Shown in pieces: positions 49,171 through 61,722 of a DNA stretch of 64,000 bases. This DNA is from the human T2T-CHM13v2.0 reference genome, Homo sapiens. The translations under genes and the position numbers were made by a program. The notes below the pieces were generated by a model that was given only the letters and a program-made list of their open reading frames with translations, was not told the DNA's origin and did no database searches. The DNA is taken from the NCBI RefSeq assembly GCF_009914755.1, contig NC_060936.1. One strand, 5' to 3'. Each line of letters begins with the position of its first letter. Position 1 is the first letter of the stretch.

Positions 49171-49929
49171 CGTAGAATCTTTCTCAGACTCCTGACCCAC
49201 AGAAACAACAAGAGAATAAAATGTTTGTTCTTGTTTCAAGACCTTAAGTATTGGATAGATTTGATATATATCAGAAAAATGGAACAGACTGTTACTTTGT
49301 AGTGGGGTGCTGCTAGAACAAAAGATGAAAACAATTTGGGGTCGGGCATCAGGGAGATATGCTGGAAGAGCCTTGAAGATATTGTCAGCAGAAGCCTGGT
49401 GGGCCCTGAAGAATCTGTTGTAAAGGTTTAAAGGAATGTGAGGAAAACTTTATTGAAAACCAGAAGAAAGGAGGCCTTTGTTAGGTGGTGGTAGAAAGTT
49501 TAGCCAAATTGTCACCTGTAGTAGTATGGAAAAGAGAAAACGTACCCAATGAACTAATGGATCTGTCTGAGAAAATTTGCAAGCAGAATGTTGAAAAGGC
49601 CAATTGGTTTCTTTTAGACATCATGCTAAGACACAAATAGACAGATAAGCCAAAAATGCAACTGTTCAGTTTTTAATAAAAACATAGAGGAAACAGTAAG
49701 ATGTCAAGACTGTTTTTGAAAATAAATGTTTCTTATTTTACCAGAAAACAAAAACTCTCAAGTACTAGTTTCAGGGCAGAGATCAAATCCAGGGTGGTCT
49801 TGTACAATCCTTTAAGACCTCAAAGATGTTAGGTGGGGCCTCATATCCTTTCAAACAGACAAAAATGTTCTAAGAATCTGAAGGGTGTGCATCGCAGACC
49901 CTTTGTGTTAACAGGATTTTTAAAATTTT

Positions 49930-50257
49930 TTGTTTTTGTTTTTCTTAAGACTGTTTTGTTTAGGGTTTTTTTGATACAGGTTTTTGCTGTCTCTCCCAGG
50001 CTAGAGTGCAGTGGCTCGCTGTTGGCTCAAGGGATGTAACCTCCACATCCCATGCTCAAGGGATCCTCCCACCTCAGCCTCCCAAGTAGCTGGGACCACA
50101 TGTGTAAGCCACAAAGCCTAGCTAATTTTTGTATTTTGGTAGAGATAGGGTTTCAATATGTTGCCCAGGTGAGTGTCAAACTCCTGGGCTACAGCCGTCC
50201 TCCCATCTTGGCCTCCCTAAGTGCTGGGATTTATAGGCATAAGCCACTGTGCCAGGA
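49930..50257 (-). mobile_element. AluJ nested in the MLT1 internal region
   Basis: Diverged dimeric Alu. Confidence 0.85.
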
Positions 50258-51199
50258 CTTTTAAGACACTTAAGGGAATTTTTCGAAGGCAACCTCACAG
50301 GGAGTGAAGGCTTACTTTAAAGAGTTTTGTCTAACTTTCATTTAATGGAGTAGATTACAAATTAATATACAAAAATTTCACAAAAAATTTTAAAGGAATT
50401 GTGTCAGCTTGAACTGAAAAGGACAGACGGAGCAAAATGAAAAGAAGCCTTTGTTTTCCAGAATGAATGTGGGCAGGAAGGATCCTGAAATATCTACTTA
50501 GCTGCATTTCCAATGCTAGGTCATACATGGCAATACAACTTCTGCCTTGTTTGCTGGAACACTTGCAATGGAGCACTGTTTTGGCAGGTAAGCCGTCTGA
50601 CTGCCCTGGGGCACCATGCTGTGAAGAAGTCCAGTTGGTCTACCTAGAGAGATCATATAAAGAAGCACTGCGACAGCATGCTGAGAGAGGGGGAGAGAGA
50701 GAGAGGAGAGAGGAGGGAGAAATATATCAATCCCTGGCTTACCCCTAGCTTCTCCAGACCTCCATTTTTTTTTTTTTCCTGCTCTGGCCACCATCTGACT
50801 GGGTGAGAAGTCTCAAGCCAGACCTACCCAACAGAGCCCTTCTCAAATTCCTGACTCACAAGAACTGTGAATCATAGTGAAGTAATAATTGTTTTAAGCC
50901 ATTAAATTTTGGGGTGGTTTGTTATATAGTCCTAAAAAACCAGAACACTGGCCATGTAAATTTGAACAGTATATAACTTTTTATGCTTCCAAATGGGAAA
51001 ATAAATATTCATTTATTTACTCTTTGATTTATGTCAGATACCTTGCAAGCAACTTAATGAATGAATGGATGAATGAACATCTCCATTTTGAGGTGAGAAC
51101 ATTCAAAGGTGGGCCATACAGGATTTATGTAACTCATCTAAGAATTCAAGGCAAGTAAATGTCACTAGTGGACTTGAATCATCCCAAAGCCATTAAAGT

Positions 51200-51530
51200 T
51201 CCATTCATTCAAACGTTATTTTATTGTGTGTTAACTATGTGCCAGGCACTGTGCTAGGCAATGGTGGAATGGTGTTAAACAAGACATTCATTGTTTCTGC
51301 CCTAACAGTGCTAATATTCTCGTGGAAACTGACAATAAACAAGAAGTAATTATACATTTTGACCAACATGGAGAAGAACTATAAGAGTGCCATGATGAAT
51401 TATAGGAGAGGATACTCCTTTAAAGAAGGTATTTAGGAACATTCTCTCCAAGGAGGAGACATCTGAGCTAGAACTTGAAGGTTGAGAATTAGTCAGCTAT
51501 GAGAAGAGGAGACACAGCATTTTTTGTGAG
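51200..51530 (-). mobile_element. L2 3' fragment
   Basis: cattcattcaaac...actatgtgccaggcactgtgctagg...aggagacatctgagctagaacttgaagg. Confidence 0.75.
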
Positions 51531-52053
51531 AGGATTAGATGACGTGTGTGTGTTTTTTGCACAGTAGTAAAGCATGTCACTTTACAGAGCCTCAGATGAG
51601 TGGGACTGGCAGTGAAAAAGCTTTGGGTACCCTGAGAGTAGAGTGAGGGCCTTCTTGAATTTTGCCACTTTAGCCCCTTTCTTGTCTCATCCTAGTCCTG
51701 ACCCTGAACATAGACTTAGAAATTTTAGATTTGTTGCATTATTGCCTATCACATTTAAGACCCATCTAATAAAAGAATCACCATAGACACAGGCGTACAC
51801 AGATACGCATACATAGGAAAAAGCCAAAGGATTGATCAAAGTTAAGTGTTTAAAAATATTCATGTAACTGATGGGAATTTTATGATAAGCAGCAAGGGAA
51901 TTGGCACTTACATTTCAGCACAGGGCTTGCTGAGATACAAGTCTGGGGTTACTCAGTGCGGTAAGCAGGCTCATTGAGCTCATAATGTTTTAGTACCTGT
52001 TGGGGGATGAACTAATCAGCTCCAAATGGGCAACAGGCAGTGAAATTGTGTTT

Positions 52054-52092
<39 letters not shown>

Positions 52093-52106
52093 TGAGAGAG
52101 AGAGAG
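52054..52106. repeat. (TG)n(AG)n compound microsatellite
   Basis: Directly visible. Confidence 0.95.
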
Positions 52107-52814
52107 AAGTGGGGGTCAGGGGGTGGGGTGTGGGGAGGCAATGTTCAGCCAATGAATGCTGTTCCAGCAGGGTTCATTTGGGAAAGTTTAATATTCACAA
52201 AGTCTTCTTCTATAACATAAATATTTGTTTTGGTCAAATTCTTAGAAACTCTTTCTGAGATTCAAAGAATATGTACTATTGCACTTGGATTCAGAATGTA
52301 TCATGGCCAAATTGAACCAAGAATTCCCCTTCATTAGTAAAATCATGTTGCCCTTGCAGGTTCTAAATCATTCCTGGGACAATGCAGACGTGCCTGGGGA
52401 GATGGGGCCGAGCAGCAGACCTGAAACCAATTCTGGGCTTTGGAAAAAGGAGATACTGTGTCTGCTCACTTCATGTGTTATCTTCCAAGGATTCTTTTGG
52501 TATAAGCAGTTTTGCTTATCCTACCGTTGTTCATTTTGCTCTCACTTTCTTTGAGGGATTATTTTTCCAGAGGAAAATGTGGTTCAAGGTCATTTCTAAT
52601 TCCCTACATTTATTACTGTTGGGTTATTGATGTCTTTCTACTCTGATTATTCATGCCCGTCTTAAAGTTTTCTCTTTAAGAACTTTATAACTTTTCTTCT
52701 TTTCCCACACTTCTTATTACTGGCATCACTGCAGCCTAATTGGGCCCTGGGCTCAGGAGAGGAAAAAAGCATGGAATTTACTCATCTGAAAAGTCAGTTT
52801 AACACAAGTTTATT

Positions 52815-52939
52815 TTCATTTATTATTTTTGTGTAGAGACAGGATCTTGCCATGTTGCCTGGGCTGGTCTCAAATTCCTGGCCTCAAGCCATCCTCCCTC
52901 CTTGGGCCTCCCAAAATGCTGGGAGCCACCATGCCTGGC
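52815..52939 (-). mobile_element. Alu monomer (FLAM) inside an L2 tail
   Basis: 16-bp TSD ttaacacaagtttatt at 52799-52814 and 52940-52955. Confidence 0.88.
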
Positions 52940-53229
52940 TTAACACAAGTTTATTGAGTAACTACTTGAGTTGGGCATTGTCTCCTGGGTGCTAGGGATC
53001 TAGAGTTTAGTGAGTCCCTGGAAGAACTCACAATCTAGTATAATTACCTATTTGCATAACCATGTACAGTAAATAGGTAATTACGACACTAGTTTACAAA
53101 CATCAAAGAAAGTAGACAGTATGTGCTGGAAGTGGGCTGCTCAGAACTGGAATGATGTAGAGCATTCTTCTATAGGACACTTCAGAGTTTTAGTCCAGAT
53201 GAGATTTATTAGCTCATTAGCTTGTTAGG

Positions 53230-53900
53230 TTTTTAATCATTCATTCATCAAACATCTATCAAGCCCCTATCATGTGCTAGAAATATGCTAGGTGTAGGTA
53301 GCAGTAATACAAAACGAAAAAGAAGGATCCCTTCCCTTAGGTCACGATAGACATGAAAACACATGGCTGCAATGTTTTCAAATGCTATAATAGAAGTCTC
53401 TGCATGGAATGGTTGGATTACAAGGGGAGAACAAGCTCCTTCATGGGGAGGCTTCAGGAAAAATGTCAGAAGTAATGTTAGAAGAGAATTCTAAGACAAG
53501 TGAATGTTTACTGGGCTTTTATTAAAAAGAGTACATGGGAGAAAGAATATTCCAGACTGAGGATGCACAGAGGCCAGGAGGCTTGAAACTATCTAGCACA
53601 TTTTGGGGGAACTGCAAGACATCCAGCCTGGTTGGAGCTTCACATGCTTAGGGTGGGGCCCAGGGGGAGAGAAACTGTAGAGGCAGTAGGCACAGTGTTC
53701 CTGGAGGACCACACGCTGGCAGAAGGCTGAGACACAATGCAGGGTATTCAGGGAACCACAGTGATGTGGCCTGTCTGAGGCACAGGAAAGAGAAGGAACT
53801 AGAGAGGCAGGGAAAGACCAAAACAGGAAGGGCTTTGAATGGTAGTCTAAAGCAAATTGAGTTTTTTGTCAGTGATGGGAAGCCACAGAGGGATATTAAG
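53230..53900 (-). mobile_element. L2 fragment
   Basis: cattcattcatcaaacatctatcaagcccctatcatgtgc...ggaggcttcagga...agtgatgggaagccacagagg. Confidence 0.7.
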
Positions 53901-53904
53901 ACAT

Positions 53905-54691
53905 ATCTGTTTTTAATTTTTTATTTCTAAATTAAGACAGTAAAATTTGCTTTCATTGGTGTACAGTCCTACCAGTTTTGACAAATGCATAAGTCATATT
54001 GCAACCCCTTTAGACAAATATAGAGTAGTTCCACCATCCCAAAAGAGTCCCCCAGGCTCTCCCTTTGAAGTCAGCTCTCCTCTGTCCCGGGCAACCAGTG
54101 ATCTGTTTTCTGTTCCTGTGGCATTGCCTTTTCTAAAATGTCATAGGAACACAATAACACATATAGCTTTTTGATTCTGACTTCTTTCACTTAGCATAAT
54201 ATATTTAAGATTTATCCATTTAGTATGTATACCAGTAGTCTGTTCTATTACCGAGTGGTAGTCCATGGCATGGATATACCACAGGCTTTTAATCCATTCA
54301 ACAATCAAAGGACATTTGGTTTACTTTCACTTTTTGGTAATTTCACTTTTTGGTAATAGAAAGCTGCTATGAACATTCAGGTACAGGCTTTTTACGAATA
54401 TAACTTTTTCATTCCCCTTGGGTAAATGTCTAGGAGTACAATTACTGGGTCACTGGAGAGTATATGTTTAACTTTGTAAGAATCTGCCAAACTGTTTTCC
54501 AAAGGTACTTGTACCCTTTTCCAATCCTATTAGCAACATATGAGAGTTCCAGTTACTCTGTATCCTTGTCAGCACTTGATATTGTCAGTTAAAAAAAATG
54601 GAGCCATTTTCATAGATATGAAATGATAATCTCACTGTGGTTTTACTTTTTTTTTTTTTTTGGCCAAATGACTAGTGATATTGAAAACGTT

Positions 54692-54732
<41 letters not shown>

Positions 54733-55210
54733 GCCATCCATATATCTTTGTTGGTGAAGTGTGTGTTGAAATCTATTGCCCAGTTTTATTTTTCCTTATT
54801 GTTGAGTTTTGAGAGTTCTTTATATATTCAGCATACAAGTCCCTTATATGTATTTTACAAATATTTCCTTCCAGTCTGTGGTTTATCTTTTTATTCTCTC
54901 AACAGTGTCTTGTAGAAGCTTTTCATGTTGATAAGTCCAGTTTATACTTTTTTCTTTTGTGGTCCAGCTTTTGGTATATTTTCTTTTTTGTTTGTTTTTT
55001 GAGATGGAGTCTCACTCTGTCACCCAGGCTCACTACAACCTCTGGGTATATTTTCTAAAATCTTCACCTAAGCAAGGCTGTAAATATTTTCTTCTAAATT
55101 TTCTTTTGGAAATCTGTGTATAGTTTAGGTTTTTCATTTAGGTCTGTGATCCATTTTGAGTTAATTTATGGATAAGGTGAAAGGTATGGGTCGAAGTTCA
55201 CTTCTTTTCA
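53905..55210 (-). mobile_element. Old L1M (L1MB-like) 3' fragment with a (TG)n at 54694-54728
   Basis: tggcatggatataccaca, ctgccaaactgttttccaaag, ttgttgagttttgagagttctttatatatt, atccattttgagttaattt. Confidence 0.85.
54985..55044 (-). mobile_element. Tiny 5'-truncated, internally deleted Alu
   Basis: gagatggagtctcactctgtcacccaggct|cactacaacctc; TSD ggtatattttct at 54973-54984 and 55045-55056. Confidence 0.8.
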
Positions 55211-55782
55211 CTTAAGGTTGTGTCTCAGAAAGCCAGCAACAATGTTGAGAAGGGATTGGAGAGACAAGAAAGTTGAATGTTTCTTAATTTATCTCTTGTT
55301 CTAGGACTTTGCGCATCAGTAGATAAATGGAAAAATCATTCCCAACACAGGGATTGCTGGCATTTATGAATCAATTACATTGATTTGGCCAATATGAATG
55401 GTAAAATATTTAAAAAATACATAATAATTAGCCTGTTGGACGTATGACTTAGTGATTTGGCTGTATAGATATAGCTTGAACCCTTCTTTTGATCCAAATT
55501 TACTCCCTTATTTATCACTTGAGAGTTATAAGGAATTTAAAAGGAAGAATGTTTTATCTTTTATGTTCTATGATTGTACATCTGAGTAAGACAATTGCTA
55601 TTATGCTTTGCTAATACTCCTGGTGGTGTCATGATATAAGGGAAGATGAATTTACTTTGACTAATGTATAAGAAAAAAAATCTGTTTTAAGAAAATCGAG
55701 GTGTTGGCTTATGAAAGATGAAATTCCAGAGACTCCTCATTTATGTTTTAGACAACAAAAATAATACATAAGCAAATGGAAG

Positions 55783-56371
55783 AGAGGCAGGAGAATAGGG
55801 TCTGGAGTCAGGGAACCTAAGGCCATTTCACACTGACTTCCTAGAACTAAATTGAATGGAAAACCCTAACTTTGCACATCTAAGTAACAAAAGGACCAGG
55901 GGCTACTCCCTTTGCAAACCCCCACGTTTTCTGCATGGCAGATGGGAAATTGAAAGTACTTCTGATTGGTTGCTTTTTGCATAGGAGTGTAACTTTGTAA
56001 CGTCAGCCTCTGATTGGTTGCAGATAGCAACCAATCAGACTGATCGCCAGCAAAGTCTTTGTTTGCATAGACGTTCAACTTTGTAACTTCACCTTAGTCT
56101 CTGAGGGCCACAGCTTCATTTACATGAGGTGAACACAAAGTGGCCAATGGGAAATCTCTAGGGGGTATTTGGACCTGAGAAGATTCTATATCCAGGCCCT
56201 TGAGCTGCTGCCGCTGCCGGCTCCCACACTGTGGAGTGTACTTTCACTTTCAATAAGTCTCTGCTTTTGTTGTATCATTCTTTCCTTGCTTTGCTGTGTG
56301 TTTTGTCCAATTCTTTGTTCAAAATGCCAAGAACCTGGCCAACTTGGAGTCAAGACCCTCTACCGGTAACA
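55783..56371 (+). mobile_element. MER51-type ERV1 solo LTR
   Basis: gaggcaggagaatagggtctgga...ttcctagaactaaat...ctgattggttgc...taccggtaaca; TSD gaag/gaac. Confidence 0.88.
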
Positions 56372-56479
56372 GAACTACTTCTTCCGCCCATTCTACAACT
56401 TCATTTTTAATGAATAATCTATGCTATTCTTGAATTTCTTTAAATTAAATTAATTCATTTAAACTATCAAGTGGAAAGT

Positions 56480-56710
56480 AGAGAGTAGGGGTTTAGGCTG
56501 TGGAATCCAAATACTCAGGTTCAAATCCTAGTGTCTCTAACTGCATGACGGGAAAGCTCCTTAAATGCTGTGATCTCATTTCCTCCTCTATAAAGTGTGA
56601 AAGATGATATTTATACATATGGCTCTTGTGAAAATTAATTGAAATAGTGCTTTAAATGCTTAACTAAGACTGATAAGTAGTATGTGATCAATAAATATCA
56701 GCTATTTTTA
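56480..56710 (+). mobile_element. MIR
   Basis: ggctgtggaatccaaatactcaggttcaaatcctag...tctcatttcctcctctataaagtg...tcaataaatatcagctatt. Confidence 0.75.
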
Positions 56711-56863
56711 GTAAAATTGAGAGCTTGCTTTAAGCTATTCTATGCATTGTGAAAGGATATAACCATGGAACAATACAGGGCTTCCTTCCTCAGGGAGTTT
56801 GCAATTTGCAACTCATTTAGGGATGCAGATGTGTAAAGAATGACCACTTAAAATTCAACCAGA

Positions 56864-56927
56864 GGCTGCTCTGCCTATGGAGTGGCCATTCTTTATTACT
56901 TTCCTAATAAGCCTGATTTCACTTAAA
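56864..56927 (+). mobile_element. ~60-bp ERV1 LTR R-region fragment (MER41/LTR8-like) with short A tail
   Basis: gctctgcctatggagtggccattctttattactttcctaataagcctgatttcactt-aaaaa, flanked by aaccaga at 56857-56863 and 56928-56934. Confidence 0.6.
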
Positions 56928-58499
56928 AACCAGAATGAAATAAGTGTTGTATTATATTTGTTAGGTGAGGTTAGAGTGATTATCAACCCCTGGGTGGATT
57001 AGAGGATGTTTCAGCCAAGGACAGTGTTTGATTTGGACCTTGGAGGAGGAGTAGCGGTCTCATAAATGGAGAAGCAGAAGAGAATGACTCACACATTGGT
57101 CCAGAAAGGATTTGGAGAAGAATTCTCTTGAGCTGAAGAAGGAAGGATAGGGGGTGGTGGGAAAGAAGTGATAGAAAAAGCAAGTAAAGAACAGATTTTA
57201 AAGGGACCAGAATGCCAAGAGGAGAGGTTGGGCTTGGGCTTTTCTTATTCACCATATTTTATACCTTTTTCATATTAGTTCTTGGAAAAAGCCAGCCTGG
57301 AAGACTACTCATGAAAGGTTTTCTCTTCCTTTTAAAAAAAATATAAAACAAAAAACAAAAACCACCCTTGTAAATCATTAATGGCCCATTTTAAAAAGGA
57401 GATTACAGCCTGGGAGTTACTATTTTTCTGTTAGAGAAATAAAAAGGAATATGTTGAATTATATGAAATATGAATTGGCCTCTGTGCTCCAGTACCTATC
57501 TGGGACAGATTTATAAATACTGAAATGATATAAATGATGGTTATTCAACCCATTTAACATTAGAGAACTTTTAATGGCAAAGCAAGGACACTGAAAGAAA
57601 AGTTTTAGGGAAAAATAGTGGTAGTCTGGAAATCTAAAAGTTATTCTTTATTCTTCCATATTGATTTACATCTATTTAGAACTTGAAGATTTTTAGTGTT
57701 ATGCCTACTCTGCCAATTCTTGGAACATTTGCGGAACTGAGAATTTACTTCTTCGTTTATTACTTCCTAACTACATTTTAAAGGTAATAGTGAAATCTTA
57801 AATTATTCGTTCTCTTTTCATTGGGCAATGTCATTGAGGTAGAACTAATATTCAGAGAATTAATTTCCAAGATTTTTAATTCTGAAAATGATACAGATTA
57901 TTTTTCTCAAGTTTAATCTGATGTCTCCTACAATAATACTGGGGAGTCGTGCTGGGAACAGAAGATAAGAAATCATTCATATTCTAGATTAGACAAGCTA
58001 TACTTTAATTAACAGGCTGCAGTTGGAAAAATGACTCCAAGAATTAAATGTGAAAACCAGCTATTTCAGTGTTCCAAGAATATTTAATCCTCTTAGAAGA
58101 GTTTATCTATGTCACAATTGGGAATGATTTAAATTGTCTGTGGCATCTTTACGTTATTATTGAAAATGGAAAAAAAGAAAAATGCCCACCCTCACAGGCT
58201 TTTTGCGGCAAAGTTTGGGGGGCACCCACAATTTTAACTTCAGCATTGACAGAGTCCCTCCCCATCTTAGTTGGCGTTGGCTTTCAGGGTTTCTACCAAG
58301 GCATCTCTTCAGGCTCACTCTCTAAAAAGATGTTCTTGTTTCATCAGAGCTAACCTAGTTAGTGTCCCATTTCCACAGGACTCTGATAAATGCTAGAATT
58401 TCTGCTAAAATAATTTCAGAGTCTAGTGTTTATCCATTTGTTAATTCATTTGGTATTTATTGGTTGTTATTAGATAAACCTATTTTCACTTGAAAGGAA

Positions 58500-58710
58500 G
58501 TGTGAAAATAATATAGGCTTTAGAGTCTGAAGTTCTGAGTTCAAATTGTGAGTCTATCCTTAACTTCCCAAAGGTGTCTGCTGAACTCATATAACTTCTC
58601 TGAATTTCCGGCCTTTCATTTATAGAGTAGTGGGAGAATAACAACCACACAGGGAGATTGTGAATACCCTGAAGGGGATTTGCCAGGTGTAAAGTGCTAT
58701 TTGAAATTTT
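58500..58710 (+). mobile_element. MIR
   Basis: ggctttagagtctga..tctgagttcaaat...taacttctctga...gtgtaaagtgct. Confidence 0.65.
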
Positions 58711-58825
58711 TTAAACTAAACTAATAAATCCTGCTGAGGGAATGCTTTATCATCACAGGTTGCTCCTTTTATGGTGGTGTCAGTTTCAGGCATAGGCAGG
58801 TGGATATAGAATACTACTTGGGATG

Positions 58826-59929
58826 TGTGGCAGGTTATATGTTCTGAAGAAGACTGCAGTGTTCTCTTCTCCCACACACTCTTCTTGCAATGTGATCTTG
58901 ACAGTACCCACATTGGGAGGTCTGTTTCCTCCCTTTGGACCTAGGTGACGTTTTCTCCTGTCTTTGCTTTCTTGGGATACTCATGCTTAGAACCCAGCCT
59001 CAGTGCTGTGAGGAAGCCCTGTTCCACTTATGTGGAGGAGAGGCCACGTGTAGGTTGGCTGGCAGCCTACCTGAAGTCTTAGCTGACAGCCAGCATCACC
59101 CAACAGTGGATGGAGATGCTTTCACACTTTGAGTGTCCCCAGCTCAGGCCCCGGATAACATGGAGCAGGGATATGACATCTATGATGTATCCCCTTCAAA
59201 TTCCTAACCTACCAGTGAGGCAGAAGAATAGGGTCTAGAGGCAGGAAACTTAAGGCCATTTCACGCTGACTTCCTAGAACTGAATTGAAAGGAAAACCCT
59301 AACTTTCCAGGCTTAAGTAACAAAAGTAGTTGCAGAGGCTACTCCCTTTGCAAACCCCCACCTTTTCTGCAGCAGATGGGAGATTGAAAGTACCTCTGAT
59401 TGGTTTGCTTTTTGCAACCAATCAGACATTTGCATAGGAGTGTCACTTTGTAACTTCACTTTAGCCTCTGACTGGTTGCTTCCCACAACCAATCAGACGT
59501 TTGCATGGGAGTGTGACCTTTATAACTTCACTTCAGCCCCTGATTGGTTGCTTTCCGCAACCAATCAGACTGATTGTGGGCCACCACCTCATTTACATGA
59601 GGTGAACGCCTAGTGGCCAATGGGAAACCTCTAGGAGGTATTTGGCCCTGAGAAGATTCTGTATCAGGGGCCCTTGAGCTGCTGCTGGGGCCTGCTCCCA
59701 CACTTTCACTTTCTATTTCTTTCACTTTTCTATCTCTGCTTTGGTTGCTTCATTCTTCCTTGCTTTGCTGTGTTTTGTCCAATTCTTTGTTCCGAACGCT
59801 AAGAACCTGGACAACTTGCTGTAAAGACCCTCTACTGATAAAACCAGAATCCACGAGAATAATAAAATAATTGTTTCATGCCATCAAGTTTGGGAGTGGT
59901 TTGTTACACAGCAATAGCTAACCAGAACA
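58826..59929 (+). mobile_element. MLT1 (G/H-like) LTR interrupted by MER51
   Basis: cacactcttcttgcaatgtgatcttgaca...aaattcctaacctaccag | aatccacgagaataataaaataattgttt...tttgttacacagcaatagctaaccagaaca. Confidence 0.8.
59216..59843 (+). mobile_element. MER51-type ERV1 solo LTR
   Basis: tgaggcagaagaatagggtctagaggcagg...; 4-bp TSD ccag (59212-59215, 59844-59847); three internal tgattggttgc..gcaaccaatcag units. Confidence 0.9.
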
Positions 59930-61219
59930 AGTTGGGAGGATTTATCTACACCAAACCTGTTTTTAACATTTTAGTAAGGTTGTAAAGAAAATTTGAATAG
60001 TATTATTTCTATTGTTTCAATAGCTTTAAATCATGATGGCAAGCTGTAGTTATTTGTTTACTGAAACTTCAGAGCAAAATAGACTAAGAATTATTGGAAA
60101 TTTATACTTTTTTCATGTAGGATCAAATATCATGAAGGGAATTGTCATTTTCATTCCCACATCATCTCCTTAGATTTTGAGTAGAGGGGCTGGCTGTATT
60201 CCTGTTGGCTTCTACTTCTACAAGGAATGAGAATTGAGCCTCTCCATTCTTAATGTCTTCAGAGTGGGATCCCACACATGAACTGTTCTAGCAACTCCTC
60301 TCTCTGGCATTCAGTCTTTCAGAACCAGAGGCAGGCAGAAAGCAGATGCTCTGTGGATAATTTGGGAAGAGACAGTGGAAGAATTTTATCACTTTGCAGC
60401 TCTAAAAGATACTTCAGACTATTGGCTTTTTCTGAACCCAGATGTTTCAGCTCTGTGGTTTATCTCCTTGTCTGTTCAAGAAGATTGTAAGATCTCTCAT
60501 GAGCTTTCTCTCTTGAAACCTCGGGGCCTTTGCTTGAATGATTTACTTTACCCAGAATGGCTCCTTTCAATCCCTAGCCTTCTAAGTCCAGTAGAAATTC
60601 CACCTCTTTCATGAAAGTTTTGTGAGTTAGCGGCAACACTTCAGACTTCTTAGCACTTTGTTGGCACTTCTTTTAGAATTCTTAACGCCGCCAATGCCTG
60701 TTTCCCTGATGAGATCGCGATGCCATTCTTGGCGGGGTTTCCATCTTGTTCTCCTTCCTGACCCCTACTGTGGTTTCTCAGGAAATGCTCGTTGAATTTC
60801 ATAAGACGACCCGGGGGAGTGCCAAAATTGTGCAATCAGAGTCAAGACACTTGGCTCCCAGTTTGAGGTCTGAGCCAGGTCTGTCAAGAGGAGATTCTGA
60901 AAATGGTCTTGTGACCCCAGAAGATTCTTCATGCTACTGGGCCTCCTCAGCTTGCTCCTCTGTAAAGTGAGACATTCAGAGCAAGGCAGTGGTTCTTAAC
61001 TAGGTACACTTTTTCAACACCACGGGTGCCCAGAGGGTCTGATACATCCTTGGTTGTACAACCTTGGCTGGATTTACAATTTATAAGATGCCTTCCCATT
61101 TCAGTAATATATGGGGGCTGTTGGATATTGCTGTAGCCTGTGGAGTTAGATGGAAGGAAGTAAGCAGATTGGAATTACAGGTTAGGATTTCAGAGACATA
61201 ACAAAAAAAAAAATCCTCT

Positions 61220-61470
61220 GAATAATAATAGCTAATATTTATGAACCGGGTGCTGTGCTGGGCTTGGAATGCCTTATTTTATTTACTAGGCACACAATGC
61301 CCTTATGGGGCAGGCACTACTATTATCCCGTTTTATAGATAAACTGGGGTTTAGTGAGGTCAAATAATGATCCAAGTTGCTGAACTAGGTTGCTAAGCAC
61401 CGGAACTGAGATCAAACCCAGGCTCTCTGACTTCCGAACCTGTATTCCTAACTACTCCCTGGCTGCCTTT
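61220..61470 (-). mobile_element. MIR
   Basis: aataataatagctaatattt...tattatcccgttttatagataaactgggg...aaacccaggctctctgacttcc. Confidence 0.8.
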
Positions 61471-61722
61471 CTCTTAGTTTTTGCTTTTATTGTGTGGAGC
61501 TGATCGTATGTTTATTAAGTATTGACTTTATCAGTCTTTGCAATTCCACTCTATGTTCTGTATAATATTTGGTTACTGGTAGTTAGGAAGTGATGTTCAC
61601 TTACAACAATCTTTTATAGAGATAGTGCATGGAGGCGTGGTTGGGCCGTTTAATTTTTGAAAATTGCAGCATACCATACCAGATTCACGAAAAGGTGGCG
61701 TCATTTTATTCTTTCACACATA

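Larger units (their letters stand above)
48510..50947 (+). mobile_element. MLT1G/H-type MaLR remnant: LTR - internal region - partial LTR
   Basis: LTR at ~48510-49287 (caccatgctgtgagaaagccca...ctcctgacccacagaaac...gaaca), MLT-internal at ~49290-50460 (agtggggtgctgct..., gcagaatgttgaaaagg) and a second LTR at ~50480-50947 (caccatgctgtgaagaagtcca...ttcctgactcacaagaac...ccagaaca). Confidence 0.7.

Noticed and set aside
54325-54356. 16-bp tandem duplication tttcactttttggtaa resembling IRF sites
   Set aside because: An ordinary slippage duplication inside an old L1, and not a proper ISRE spacing.
55783-59843. Two direct MER51 LTRs as one provirus
   Set aside because: The spacer holds MIR, L2-like and MLT1 relics rather than gag/pol/env. 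Each LTR has its own TSD and the second interrupts an older MLT1.
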